Positions 45,123 to 58,000 of a stretch of DNA of 64,000 nt are shown here, one piece after another. The stretch is from Phyllobates terribilis (taxonomy: Eukaryota). Positions within the stretch are counted from its first letter, which is position 1. Each line of letters opens with the position of its first letter. Under the pieces are notes generated by a model. It was given only the letters and a program-made list of their open reading frames with translations, ran no database searches and had not been told where the DNA came from. Location of the stretch: assembly GCF_046119375.1 (NCBI RefSeq), contig NW_027362769.1:126976001-127040000 (forward strand). The letters are read 5' to 3'. Position numbers and translations under genes: made by a program.

Positions 45123-47688
45123 AAGTTGACGCGCCCCCTGGGCCATATTCTTTTAGGGGGAATATCCGGAGCCGGATCAGATGGGGGTTGTAGTCTTCCG
45201 AGTGGCTGTGACCCGGTCCGTGCCCAGGGTGTCAAACTCAGTTGTATGTGGCAGTCATACAGATGTTATAAGTTCTTTATTGTCGACTACGCCACCCGTT
45301 GTGTTGCGGTCACTGTGGCCGCCGCTGCAGCAGGGTCCGCTGAGGCTGGTGGTGTAGGTGCAGCTTTGGTGATATAACCCCCAACGGGTGGGGTATAGCC
45401 TCAGGGGGATCAGGTGCAGAGGATGGGAGTTGTGGTGATGCAGTGTAGACGGCAATCAGAGACAGAGTCGGGTTATGCAGTTTAGGATGTTTTACTCACT
45501 GCTGATGTTCTGGTCACTCCAGCTTCGAGTGACCTCCCGAGCCGTGCTGCGTCCACCAGGTTCTGGATCCAGCCAACTCCCAAATAAGTCCGGAGCGTGA
45601 CCCTGAGCTCTCCTTCAGTCCTTTCTCTGGCCGTCCCCACTATTGATCCACCCAGGTCCAGCTCCCTCGGGCCTTCTGTTGGGACACCCTTGGCCTTGGG
45701 TTCCCTGACCCTCCTCGTGGTATGCCTTCGTGGTGGATGTGGTGGGTGACCGTGGCAAACGCTGCCCACGGTCTCCGGTCTCTGGCTGGGGAGTGTTTTT
45801 ACCCCCACCAGCTTGGGTTCCGGTACCCTGTGCCGACTCTTCACCCGGGGATTTAAGTTGGGTTCTTGGAGTCCTTTTCTTCTGGTTCCCCCTCTGGGTC
45901 TCTCTCTCTCCTCTCTCACTCTGGGTCTCTCTTCTCCTCTGCTCCTGACTTTCTCTCTGCAACTGACCCTGTTCTTAGTTGGTGCCCACCTTATATACAC
46001 CCTCTATGTGTGAGCTCAGGTGACCAGCACCCAATGAGCTCCTATCTTTACCCAGGCTGCTCCCCCTATCTGCCCCTACACTACTTGGGATGTTCCACCC
46101 CCCTCCCACTCCAGCCAGGAACAGACTCGGTCGTACCTGCACATTTCTAAGTGGGAGTACCGTCGGTCTGCTCCTCGGAAATGGGATGTGTGTAGTGCAT
46201 GCAGCCTACCGAGCTCAGTTCCACACTCCATCCTTACCTGGGAGTGGAATATCACACCTCTGGGTTGAGGTGCAATACCCCTGTAGCAGCCGAATCCTCA
46301 GGGTGCTACATATGTTTTAGGCCTTTTAATTCTGAGCAGATTGGTGAGGGACTGAGTCCTGAGACCCCCACACATCATTCAATAGGGTTGTGTGCTCAGT
46401 CAGGGGGTTGTGCGCTCAGCCGGGGTGGGGGGGGGGGTGTTTACGATCTGGCAGTAGTTCTGTGCTCCTATGACTTTTTAATTAATCCATACTCTGCTGT
46501 GCACTTGCTCTCCTGTCACCTGAGCTGCACACTCTTAAAAGTTTTTTTAAGCAATTGGCGGGGGGTTTCAGGACCTGGACCCCCACCTATCTGCTCAGAT
46601 TTAAAGGGCGTAAAATATGTATAAAAAATTTACAAAAGTTTCTTTACACTTTAAATGTAAGATCCCCACAATCATAGATCATAAAAATGGAGAAAGTGTT
46701 TCAGCTCTGCAGTCCCTCTAAACTCTTTCCCTGCACCGCTGAAACTGGCCACCACTGTTTAGAGTAACATATTGATTGCTGAGGGTCCAACCGTTAGTAC
46801 CCCCCACTCATCCAGAGAACGGGGAAATGGCCTCTTCATTCTCATTCACAGTCTTCTGTGATGGTGCCAGAGGTCGGACCCCCATATCTTGCTCATAGTG
46901 GTCATTATTATTGCCTTGCAGTCGGCCGACTGTGGCCACGGGTGCCGGATTATCAGATCTCCCCCAGGAGCTGCACTCTGAAAGCTGTTTTTTCTTAGGA
47001 GACAACCACCTTTAATTTCCAGAATATTTTTCTTCTAGCGAGTGTGTTGCATCTGTCCTGCCTCTTATAATAAATCTTTTCCACTTTCCCTTTTATATCT
47101 ACAGCACGAAGCTGCCAAAGTCTTACAAGATGCAATCAATGAATTCTCCGGGACAGCGGAGGAGCTGCGCCTCATGATAGCCAACGCTGAGCTGGCCCTG
47201 TCTCACGGGGACGTGGAACGAGCTTTGTCCATGCTCCGAAATGTTTCTCCAGAGCAGCCATATTTTGTCCAGACCAAGGAGAAAATGGCTGAGGTATATC
47301 TCCAGCACAGGAAAGATAAGAAGCTCTATATCGGCTGCTACAGGTGACATACAGGAAAATGTTCGCCGCGTGTCTCTCATGCATTTGTTACAGGGGTCTT
47401 CCATTCACCACTCATCCAGTAAACTACTTTTAAGCCACAAAAGTGAGGGGTTTATTGCTTATAGCACCCGTAATGTGCCAGCACTGATAACAGAGGCGTC
47501 AGGATAATGAAAACGTTCCAGAGAATGCTATCTTAGCAAGGAAATTAGTGATATAAGGTGGCAAAAAACACCCGTGAACACCATTACTCGGTATAAGATT
47601 TCTCTAGTATGCAAAGCTAAATTTTTATTTTGCAGAGATCCAATATGAAGAATCAAGTGAGATGATTCTATTACTGCAGCCACTAGAG

Positions 47689-49130
47689 CAGAGCTGGTCA
47701 AACTGTGGCCACATCCGGCCCTCTGGCTGTCCCAGTCCGGCCCACGAACCGAGACAGCCAAAGGGCTGGAACAGTGGCCCACCGGCCGCACCATGCCCTC
47801 AGCCACCCGCTGTCACTGCTGTCCGCATCATCAGGACGTAGGGGTAGACAGCGGTGAATACATTGGTGGAGGAAGGGTTGCCGGCTCCTTTTTCACCAAT
47901 CACCATGTGAGACAGCTGACACGATGACGTCACTTAATCGCATCTGCTGTGCCGAGAGTGAGTGCACCGGAGCAGAGCAGCGGGGGAACGGGAGTGAGGC
48001 GAGTATGTCGGGTTTTTTTCATATGTGTATGGGGACTTTACATGTATATAGGAGGCTATGTGGGGGCTCATACTGTATGTAGAGGGGCTGTGTGTGGGTC
48101 ATACTGTACATCGAAGGCTATGCGGGGTCTCATACTGTATTTAAGAGGCTATGTGGGGGCTCATATTGTATATAGGAGGCTAAATGGGGGATCATACTGT
48201 ATATAGTAGAATTGAGGAACACTGCCCTACATGGTATGATAGACACCACAGCGGCCCATGCGATATATCCACAACAGTCCCCCAATATACACCATGATGT
48301 TTACCAGAACCCCCCAATATACAGTATTATGTCCACCACAGCCCCATATACAAAATAATGTCCTCAACGGCCCCCTATACAGTATGGTCACCACAACCCC
48401 CAATACAGTATGATGTCTCCACAGCCCCAGTATAATGTCCCCCTTGGCCCCCTATACAGTATTATGCCTCCCCACATATCCTACAGAGTATGATGTAACC
48501 ACAGCCTAGGTATAATGTCCCCACAGCTCCCCGTATATTGTTTCCCATATAATATGATGTCCCCCACAGCCCCTCTTGTTATGTTCCCAAAGTCAGCACC
48601 ACGTAGGTCCCAAAAGCCAGCACCACGTATTTCCCCACAGCAAGCCTCACATTGGTCCCCACAGCCAGCTCCACAGCTAGCTCCATGTAGATCCCCACAG
48701 CCAGCCTCTCTTGCTATGTCCCCCATTCATTGGCAAACTAATAAGAAAAATGTAAAAAAAAGCTTATACTCACCTAATCTGTCTCCTCTTCTGTCTCGTG
48801 CAGAAGTGGACGCTGAAAGGCGTGATGATGTCACAGCATCGCGCCGTCCCCTGTGTGCGCCATCTCCTTCAGTGCGCAGGCCGGAAGTGGCCTGTGTTCA
48901 GGTGGAGGTCCCGGAGGAACAAGGGGCTGATTACAGCTCCTCTGCTCCTGTTCCGGGCAGTGCCGACATCAATTGTATGCATGTCTGACAGACGTGAGTG
49001 CAGGAAGGGAAAAATGGCTGGTGCACAGGCAGAGAGAGGGGCGAGAAGTGTCATTGACGGACACTGCTCCTCTGTGTGCCTGCGCCACGGCTGTCACTGT
49101 GCTGAATGCCTGTGGCTAGGGGAAGATACC
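47689..49130. mobile_element. Non-autonomous DNA transposon fragments with ~30-bp tandem repeats
   Basis: hAT-like terminus CAGAGCTGGTCAAACT; degenerate GGGGCTCATACTGTA and CCCCCATATACAGTA arrays; boundaries unclear. Confidence 0.4.
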
Positions 49131-49684
49131 ACAGGCATTCAGCAATGTCACTTTCTCCTCCCCAAGTGTGCCCATCTCAAGTAGGTCATAGGAAGCTGAA
49201 TAAAATGATACCTTGATATCGATGATCTGATATCTTATTCTAGAGAAATCCACCTTTTTTTTACTATGTAAATGAGCTGTTAAGATCTATGAGCCGGACA
49301 CAGATCTCCCCAAGAATCTGCCTCCAGAACTTATTATAAATGAAAGAGACATGTAATGACTGACAGTCTGCTCTCCTGATCTACATGTCTCAAAGTGGTG
49401 ACGTCTCCTTTTAAAATAAGCTCTGGAGCCGTGTTCAGTTTCCTGATGGTGACAATAGGTGACCAGAAGTGCCATTGGGCAGAAGAACTGTGTAACAGAC
49501 CTTCATAGGGGTCACTAGTTGAGTTCTTCAAGACTGTGGCCACCTGACCACATGTTCACATGTTACTTTCATGTGATTTACACCTTATTCTATGTCTTTT
49601 TTTTATATTTCTTAAAAGTATTGGCAAAGTTGAATTCACAGTAGGTTTGCAGTGCATGTCATCGGGAAATACACCTGACATATA

Positions 49685-50150
49685 CAGTACTGTGCAAAAG
49701 TTTTAGGCAAGTGTGGGAAAATGCTGGAAAGTAAGAATGCTTTAAAAATATCAGAGTTAATAGTTTATTTTGATCAATTAACAAAATGCAAAGTGAATGA
49801 ACAAAAGAGAAATCTAAATCCCATCAATATTTGGTGTAACCGCCCTGTGCCTTCATCACTTCTTCTAGGTACTTGCACACAGTTTTTGAAGGACCTCGGC
49901 AGGGAGGTTGTTCCAAACATCTTGGAGAACTAACCACAGATCTTCTGTGGATGTTGATTGTGTAAATCCTTCTGTCTCTTCATGTGATCCCAGACAGACT
50001 GGACGATGTGAGATCAGGGCTCTGTGGGGCCAAATCATCATTCCTTGTTCTTCTTTATGCTGAAGATAGCTCTTAATGACATTGGCTGTATGTTTGGGGG
50101 TCATTGTCCGGCTGCAGAATAAATTAAGGGCTAATCAGACGCCTCGCTGA
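49685..50150 (-). mobile_element. Tc1-like 3' fragment
   Basis: TA + CAGTACTGTGCAAAAGTTTTAGGCA terminus; transposase C-terminal remnant (PKHTANVIKSYL...LQDVWNNLPAEVLQKL). Confidence 0.75.
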
Positions 50151-50302
50151 TGGAAAAGTATCTGCCAGTATTTCAATATTATTAATTATGGAAAAAGGGG
50201 GTGATTCAAATTTTCACTCTCCCAGGTATGGTGCACGTTCAGATCCTGAACCCCCGCCATAGACAGGGGCAATTGACACATCACATGTCGGTAAGGGGTT
50301 AA

Positions 50303-50604
50303 AGAGGATCTGTCACCAGATTGCAAAATAAAAACTGAATATACAAATTAAATCTGTTAGACCCGATGAGGCTGGTATATTTACAATGAAAATCCTTGTC
50401 AGAACGGCTATATAATCCGGATAGTAAAATGTCCATTTTATGAGTCCTGCTGAGATCTGGACTCCTAAAATGCTCACTTTAATATTAAGGAGGGAAACAA
50501 AGGACTTGGATTTTTCTAAGTAAATACACCAGCCTCATCAGGTGTAAAAGATCTATTTAGTATTGTATGCTGCTTGTATTGTGAAGTCTGGTGACAGATC
50601 CACT
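50303..50604. mobile_element. T2/Kolobok-type MITE
   Basis: TTAA flanks; TIRs AGAGGATCTGTCACC / GGTGACAGATCCACT. Confidence 0.8.
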
Positions 50605-51360
50605 TTAAACTTCTGACCCGGCACCAAGTCAAATGTTAAAATAAATGGTCAATGAACCCCCTGACCGACGCAGTCACTGAAAGGTCTTTGCAGAAAAAAA
50701 AAATCAATTGCATCAAAACTGTTGTTCCTCATCAATAACACGAGAGTAGCCTGACAATATGATCAGCAATACGGAAGATAATTCCTGCATCGTGCTATAG
50801 ATGAGCATTATCCGGATCAGCTGCCTGTACGATCAGTAGGGCACCAGTGACTGACAGCCAGATTCCTACATAAGGCCATGTAAACTCCAGTGCACTGCAC
50901 TGATCGTGGAGATCAGGTCCCACCATTTATCACCTGCCAGTGGGGAGGCAACCAATACTTTTGCCTGAAATACCCCTTAGTGGATGCCATAAAATACATA
51001 TTTTTTTGCAGCTTTTACAATATAAAACCTTTCCCAAAAAAATAAAGTCCCTAAGTAGCTACAAAGCCTTAAAGTAAAAAAAAAAATATAGCTGATGCAA
51101 AATGAGGAGGCAGAAATGAAAACGTCCCCTCCGTCACTTAGCTCCCTCTGTGGCTGTAGCTCCACTCACTGACTATAGGAGCCCCCTGTTCTCCGGATTG
51201 GTCGGGGTCTCAGCAGCTGGACCGCCAGCAATAATACACGTACCATGTAGCCTTTTTTATAAGTCAAAAAAACTGTATTTCATAGGACAACACCTTTAAG
51301 TTAAAAAAATTGGCCCTTAAAGGGGTTTTCCTCTTTTGGGGACATTTTATTATTATTTAA

Positions 51361-51459
51361 AGGGAACCTGTCACCTGAAAAAAATTTGATTAACTGGCAG
51401 ACATGGGGTTGATCTGCAGGTTAATAGCATTGTGAACCTTTTCAGGTGACAGGTTCCCT
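51361..51459. mobile_element. Minimal T2/Kolobok-type MITE (~99 bp)
   Basis: TTAA flanks; perfect ~21-bp TIR AGGGAACCTGTCACCTGAAAA. Confidence 0.85.
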
Positions 51460-51859
51460 TTAAATGAAAATAGTTGGGCCTAAACAACAACGCAAAAATA
51501 AAAAAAAATACTAAATCTTTAAAGGGTTAACGGGTTGTCCACCATTACTGCTTTTTTTCCCTAATTGCTCGCTGCAGAATGAGTTGTAGCTCTTTTTGTC
51601 TCTTTTTCTGAGCTGCCCCTCCCCCCGTCATTGTAAGCCATCGGTGCCCCACGATCGCCTTGCGGGGGAGCAGACGGGAGCTGGTGCTCTCGATCACATG
51701 CGCGACTCTCATTTAAATGCCGCTGTCATCAGCGATCGACAGCGGCATATAACTGGTTAACACTTCCGTCACACCACAAAGGCCGACATATTATAACGTG
51801 CAGTGTATACAATGCTTTCCCTCTAGTGTTCAGGAATGATTACACTGACTATGAGAGAA

Positions 51860-52023
51860 CGTAAAGCGCTGGTGACGTCATCACGTAAATATTGTCTCCT
51901 AAGGACTCCGAGAACTTGGAGCCGCACCGGCCTTGTACTTCCGGTGGGCGGGGTTACAGGACTGGTCCTTAGTGTCAGCGGTGTCCGCTGTGGAGAGAGG
52001 CAGCATCCGGGCATTCCGGGAAC
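51860..52023 (+). promoter_or_regulatory. CpG-rich TTC21B promoter / 5' UTR region
   Basis: CRE TGACGTCA (51873-80), ETS-type ACTTCCGGT (51937-45) and GC box GGGCGGGG (51946-53) just upstream of the exon 1 ATG. Confidence 0.55.
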
Positions 52024-55000
52024 ATGGCTGCAGATGCTGCCGCCTCCAGTGCTCAGGTGGGAGCGGCTGCGACTTACTGGCTGTGCTATAGTGTAGATGG
52101 CGACTGAATAAGAGCGAATATGCGTTTATTATCAGCCCTCGGTCTGTCACATATAAGTCAGAGGGGGTCGAGCTCTGCTCCCTCCTTCACACTTAGGTGT
52201 TTGTGATTTTTTTCTTGCAGTTTTCACTAGTATAGTATTTTTTTTTGTTCATTTTATTCATAATTTTTTTTGCACGTATGTGGAAATGGCAGAAAAAAGC
52301 AAAACCCCATTCCCAAAGCAAAAGGACTCAAAAATGTACCAGGGACCGGAGAATGCCTCAGAATAGATTGTATCGTCTTTTATAGTTCACTATTGGCTGA
52401 CGGCGAACGTCGGGGAGGACTGACAGCGAATGTCGGGGGGGGGCTGACAGCGAACGATGGGGGGCCTGACGGCGAACATCGGTGGATCTGATGGCGAACG
52501 TCGGGGGAGGGCTGACGGCGAACGTCGGGGGAGGGGGGGCCGACGGTGAACGTTGGCTTCTGGCTTTGGCTTCCAAATACTGGTGTAAAATACTGATAAA
52601 ATACTGAATTTGTGAACGTGGTCTAAGAAGCATAGTGGATGATATGGGAGTAAAACAAAATCCATTAGGGTCAGTAATGACTCATGGAGCTGCTGCCTGT
52701 CTCACTTGCTGATTTTTTTCCCATTGAAATAAAAATATATCAACAGATCCCATTTTTTGTAGATTACTGAAAATCCACAACTTCTTAAAAATAAAAAATG
52801 TACAAAATAAAAAGGAAAATCACTTTTCAGTAAGTCGAAGATAAAAACAAATATTCTGTACTCAACTCCCCTGGTAAAACTCCCCTGGTTCCCTGCCGGT
52901 CTCTATAGCGCAGTCTGCTGCGATGACAACTCAAGAGACCAGGCTAGTAGAGGTGGTGCAAATCGCCCCACAGGACGCAGTCTGATGGCCACGACAGGAA
53001 CCCTGGGACCTGCCTCTTACCTGACAGCATCTGCCGCTCTTCATCTGATTAGCCGACCTGGCGTGACATCATCATCGCGGTGTGAAACACATATGACATC
53101 ACGCCAAAAGAAGAGCCGCCGATGCCATTATGTAAGAGGCTGTTCTCAGGGCTACCGTCTAGCAGCCACAGATCACTGGCCAATGGACAGGTTCCTGCCA
53201 ATCAATACGCGCCAACTCTACAGGCTGTTACCAGTGATTACTTTTCTTTTTATATTGCTTATTCTAAATCTATTCCAAAATCCATATGATTTTGTCTGGA
53301 TTTGCCTCTGCGCATGTTCCTGTGGCTTCTAGCAGAAATTTGTAGAAGTCTGCAGAATAGTGATGAGCGAGTATGTTTTCTTAACCCTTTCGCCGAGTAT
53401 GCTCGGCCGAGCACTGAGTATTTATAGCGTGCTCGGTGTTATGTTTGAATCACTCCCGTGTGCATGATTTGCGACTGTTTGACAGCTTTAATACATGTGA
53501 GGAATGTGTAAGAAGCAGACATTCCTCGCATGTATCATAGCTGTCAAAAAGTCACAAATCATGCACACGGGAGTGATTCAAACATATCACCGAGAACGCT
53601 ATAAGTGCTCGGCCCGAGCATACTCGCCGAAAGGGTTAACAAAACATACTCGCTCATCACTACTGCAGAAGCCTAGGCGGCACTTCTGCTGTGCCAGGGT
53701 GGTCCCTACAGAGGTGTAGCCATAGGACGCCATCACCTGGCGGAGAGAGAGAATGCAGATCACCAGAAGAGCAGTAATGGCCATCGATCTTGTGCTGGAT
53801 GCAGCCTGCAGATCTTCTCACACCTTTCCTTTTAGCCTGTGTTTCTCCAGAATCCTAAGAGTCAACATTGTGTTTTTCATGACCGTTCATGGAAATGTTC
53901 TTTGGGGATTTCTAGAAAGCGCCTACAATTGTAATTCTTTCCTCTTTTCAGGCATTAATCAATTACTACTGCCAGGAAAAGTACTTTCATCACGTGCAGG
54001 CAGCCTCTAATGAGGGGCTGAAGGAGTATGGGAATGATCCGGTGTTCTTCTTTTTCCGGGCCTTTGGGATGTTAATGGAAGGTAATGGATTTTAGCTGAA
54101 ACTCCCGGTTAACCCTTTCCATTTGAACCCTCCTTTTAACCCATGTTTGCTTTATTCTCTTTATCCGCAGATCAAGTGTCCGAGTCCATCCAGGAACTGG
54201 AAACGCTGAAAGACAAGGCGGATGTGTCTCTGTGTGCTGTAATGGCCTTGATCTATGCGCACAAGAAGAGCTCACACCCTGGTAATCCTCGCCCAGAATG
54301 AATAGTCTTATTAGTGGTCATACTGTGGAAAGTGAATAAGCAACTTACTGAATATGTAAGATTTGGACTTTTAAAAAGAAAACAGCACCACTCTTGGTCA
54401 TAGGATGTGTGCAGTATTGCAGCTGATCCCCAAGCAGGGCTGTGGAGGTGGAGTCGGTGTCCATTTTGGTGAAGTTGGAGTTGGTATAAAATGGACCAAC
54501 TTCAACTCCTAAAACATATAATAAATTGGGTACAGTAGTTCACTGCAGTTTGTGGGGAATATTTTTTCAAAAGAATTTGAGAAAGTTATGTAATGTCCTA
54601 TAAATGTCTGTCCTATTCCTGATCTAAGGGTCTAGACTTTTAGTGGAGATGAACCTGTGATACAGTAAATTTATCACTTAAACATGAGCCATGTATGAGG
54701 GAGTTGGAGTCGTGGAGTCGGTGTCATGGAAATTGAGGAGTCGAAGGTTTGACTTACCGACTCCACAGCCCTTTCCCCAAGTGAATTAATCTGGGCTGAA
54801 ATACAAAGGTCGATGGCTTATTAGATACAATTAGATATTTTCTTTCTCTTTCTCTTCTCTCTCTTCTCGATCTTCTCTTTTCTCTTCTCTCTTTTCTCTT
54901 TTCTCTTCTCTCTTTTCTCTTCTCTCTTTTCNNNNNNNNNNNNNNNNNNNNNNNNNNNNNNNNNNNNNNNNNNNNNNNNNNNNNNNNNNNNNNNNNNNNN

Positions 55001-58000
55001 NNNNNNNNNNNNNNNNNNNNNNNNNNNNNNNNNNNNNNNNNNNNNNNNNNNNNNNNNNNNNNNNNNNNNNNNNNNNNNNNNNNNNNNNNNNNNNNNNNNN
55101 NNNCTTCTCTCTCGTCTTCTCTCTCTCTCTCGTCTTCTCTCTCTCTCGTCTTCTCTCTCTCTCTCGTCTTCTCTCTCTCGTCTTCTCTCTCTCTCTCGTC
55201 TTCTCTCTCTCTCTCGTCTTCTCTCTCTCTCTCGTCTTCTCTCTCTCGTCTTCTCTCTCTCGTCTTTTCTCTCTCTCTCGTCTTCTCTCTCTCGTCTTCT
55301 CTCTCGTCTTCTCTCCCTCTCGTCTTCTCTCCCTCTCGTCTTCTCTCTCTCTCTGGTCTTCTCTCTCGTCTTCTTTCTCGTCTTCTCTCTCGTCTTCTTT
55401 CTCGTCTTCTCTCTCTCGTCTTCTCTCTCTCGTCTTCTCTCTCTCGTCTTCTCTCTCTCTCATCTTCTCTCTCTCTCGTCTTCTCTCTCTCTCGTCTTCT
55501 CTCTCTCTCGTCTTCTCTCTCTCGTCTTCTCTCTCTCTCTCGTCTTCTCTCTCTCTCTCGTCTTCTCTCTCTCGTCTTCTCTCTCTCTCTCTCGTCTACT
55601 CTCTCTCTCGTCTACTCTCTCTCTCGTCTTCTCTCTCTCTCGTCTTCTCTCTCGTCTTCTCTCTCTCTCTCGTCTTCTCTCTCGTCTTCTCTCTCGTCTT
55701 CTCTCTCTCTCGTCTTCTCTCCTCTCTCTCTCTCGTCTTCTCTCTCTCTCTCGTCTTCTCTCTCTCGTCTTCTCTCTCGTCTTCTCTCTCTCTCGTCTTC
55801 TCTCTCTCTCTCGTCTTCTCTCTCTCTCTCGTCTTCTCTCTCTCTCTCGTCTTCTCTCTCTCTCTCATCTTCTCTCTCTCTCGTCTTCTCTCTCTCTCTC
55901 GTCTTCTCTCTCTCTCGTCTTCTCTCTCTCTCGTTTTCTCTCTCTCTTGTCTTCTCTCTCTCTCGTCTTCTCTCTCTCTCTCTCGTCTTCTCTCTCTCTC
56001 TCGTCTTCTCTCTCTCGTCTTCTCTCTCTCTCTCGTCTTCTCTCTCTCTCGTCTTCTCTCTCTCTCGTCTTCTCTCTCTCGTCTTCTCTCTCTCTCTAGT
56101 CTTCTCTCTCTCTCGTCTTCTCTCTCTCTCGTCTTCTCTCTCTCTCTCTCGTCTTCTCTCTGTCTCTCTCGTTTTCTCTCTCTCGTCTTCTCTCTCTCTC
56201 TCGTCTTCTCTCTCTCGTCTTCTCTCTCTCGTCTTCTCTCTCTCTCTCGTCTTCTCTCTCTCGTCTTCTCTCTCTCTCTCATCTTCTCTCTCTCTCTCGT
56301 CTTCTCTCTCTCTCTCGTCTTCTCTCTCTCTCGTCTTCTCTCTCTCGTCTTCTCTCTCTCTCTCTCGTCTTCTCTCTCTCTCTCGTCTTCTCTCTCTCTC
56401 TCGTCTTCTCTCTCTCTCTCTCGTCTTCTCTCTCTCTCGTCTTCTCTCTCTCTCTCGTCTTCTCTCTCTCTCGTCTTCTCTCTCTCTCGTCTTCTCTCTC
56501 TCTCTCTCGTCTTCTCTCTCTCTCTCGTTTTCTCTCTCTCGTCTTCTCTCTCTCTCTCGTCTTCTCTCTCTCGTCTTCTCTCTCTCTCTCGTCTTCTCTC
56601 TCTCTCTCTTGTCTTCTCTCTCTCTCTCGTCTTCTCTCTCTCTCTCGTCTTCTCTCTCTCTCGTCTTCTCTCTCTCGTCTTCTCTCTCTCTCTCTCGTCT
56701 TCTCTCTCTCTCTCTCGTCTTCTCTCTCTCGCCTTCTCTCTCTCTCTCTCTCGTCTTCTCTCTCTCGCCTTCTCTCTCTCTCTCTCTCGTCTTCTCTCTC
56801 CCTCCAAATGCTGGAAAAACATTTTAATCCATTCACAACATTTGCCATATTTTTTACATTTATTTGTTTTAAATTAAATGGCATTAATAATTTTAATATT
56901 TTATTTTTCCCTTAATATTGTTATACTGACGTCAGGCTTATACATTGTTGTTCTGATTTCTTTAATATCAGAAATATATGCAACACTATGTGACCTTATA
57001 AGGTTGCTGTACGGTATTTACTTTGAAAATCCATGTCAGAATGGCTGTATAATCCTCTATGAAGTTTAGCTCAATCTCCGCCCACCTGGCCTGATTGACA
57101 GCTCCTCACTGTCCCTCCTCCCTACTGTGATCTCACACTGCTCAGTACAAGCTGCAGCTGTCAGTCAGGCTGGGTGGGCAGAGACTGAATACACCTGTAT
57201 AATTTTCCTACAGGTCATGTAGTCAGTCCAATATCGTCCCCACTGAGATGACAGATAATTAGGATGGACGTTTATTTTTGTGTAGCAGCCTGGTCCTCTG
57301 GGACACAGCCTCACTAGGACATGGATATTTTGGGAATCTATAACATACATATAGAGACCCCTGACATTATATCAATATTCTCTTTCTTTTCTTATTTTAA
57401 ACGGTTAATTATATTTCTGTGTCTAAAGACAATAAAGTTCCTTTTACTTTTGTGCAGACAGAGAAGCGATTCAGGATCTGGAAACGAGGATGAAAGAGCA
57501 GCGAAAGACTGCGGCGCCCAGAGCCTCATACTACGCCGGGCTGTTCCTGTGGCACGTGCAGCGTCATGACAAAGCGCGGGAGTATGTCGACTGGATGATT
57601 AAGATATCAAACGGAGACCGAGATGTAAGTAACACAGCGCCATAATACAACAATACCCTCATACACTCACTGGGCAGTATGCCGTGCCATAAAGTGGGGA
57701 TTGGTATCACTTTATGATCAGTGAAGGTGCGACCTCTGTGGGATTTCCAGAGAATGAAGAGACCACGTTACCACTGAGTCCCCTTCTAAGTTTTTCCTGC
57801 CGTCCGCCGATATGCAAGGAACTATAGCCAGCCCCATCCAAACTTATATTCAGGGTTATGCTCGTTGCCACTCAGACTGATATATTCTCCTAATAGCTTG
57901 ACTGAGGTTGTGCGCCATTATGGTGCACTGCAACCTGCAAAATAATGGGTCCGGTTCATCAAGACTGGAGTAGCCCATGCTAGTCTTACTGCAGTAGAAG

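Larger units (their letters stand above)
41445..46310 (-). mobile_element. Non-autonomous LTR retrotransposon (family C), 4866 bp, encoding a cold-shock-domain protein
   Basis: 1184-bp LTRs 41445-42628 and 45127-46310 with no mismatch seen (all ORF-track translations identical at offset 3682); TATG TSD (41441-44, 46311-14); PBS 45104-45122; PPT 42629-42637; no gag/pol motifs. Confidence 0.95.
40967..47343 (+). pseudogene. ttc21b: Orphan partial TTC21B copy: exon 14 (5'-clipped, 40967-41187) and exon 15 (47105-47343)
   Basis: [36 protein letters not shown]...NGEQ and [16 protein letters not shown]...[11 protein letters not shown] match recalled TTC21B sequence; exon 15 is 239 bp with AG/GT; no exons 1-13 or 16+ recognised before the exon 1 downstream. 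Exon numbers follow the human gene from memory. Confidence 0.82.

Noticed and set aside
54831-56884. Long R/E-rich ORFs (210, 408, 201 aa)
   Set aside because: Translations of the CT satellite, one spanning an N gap.
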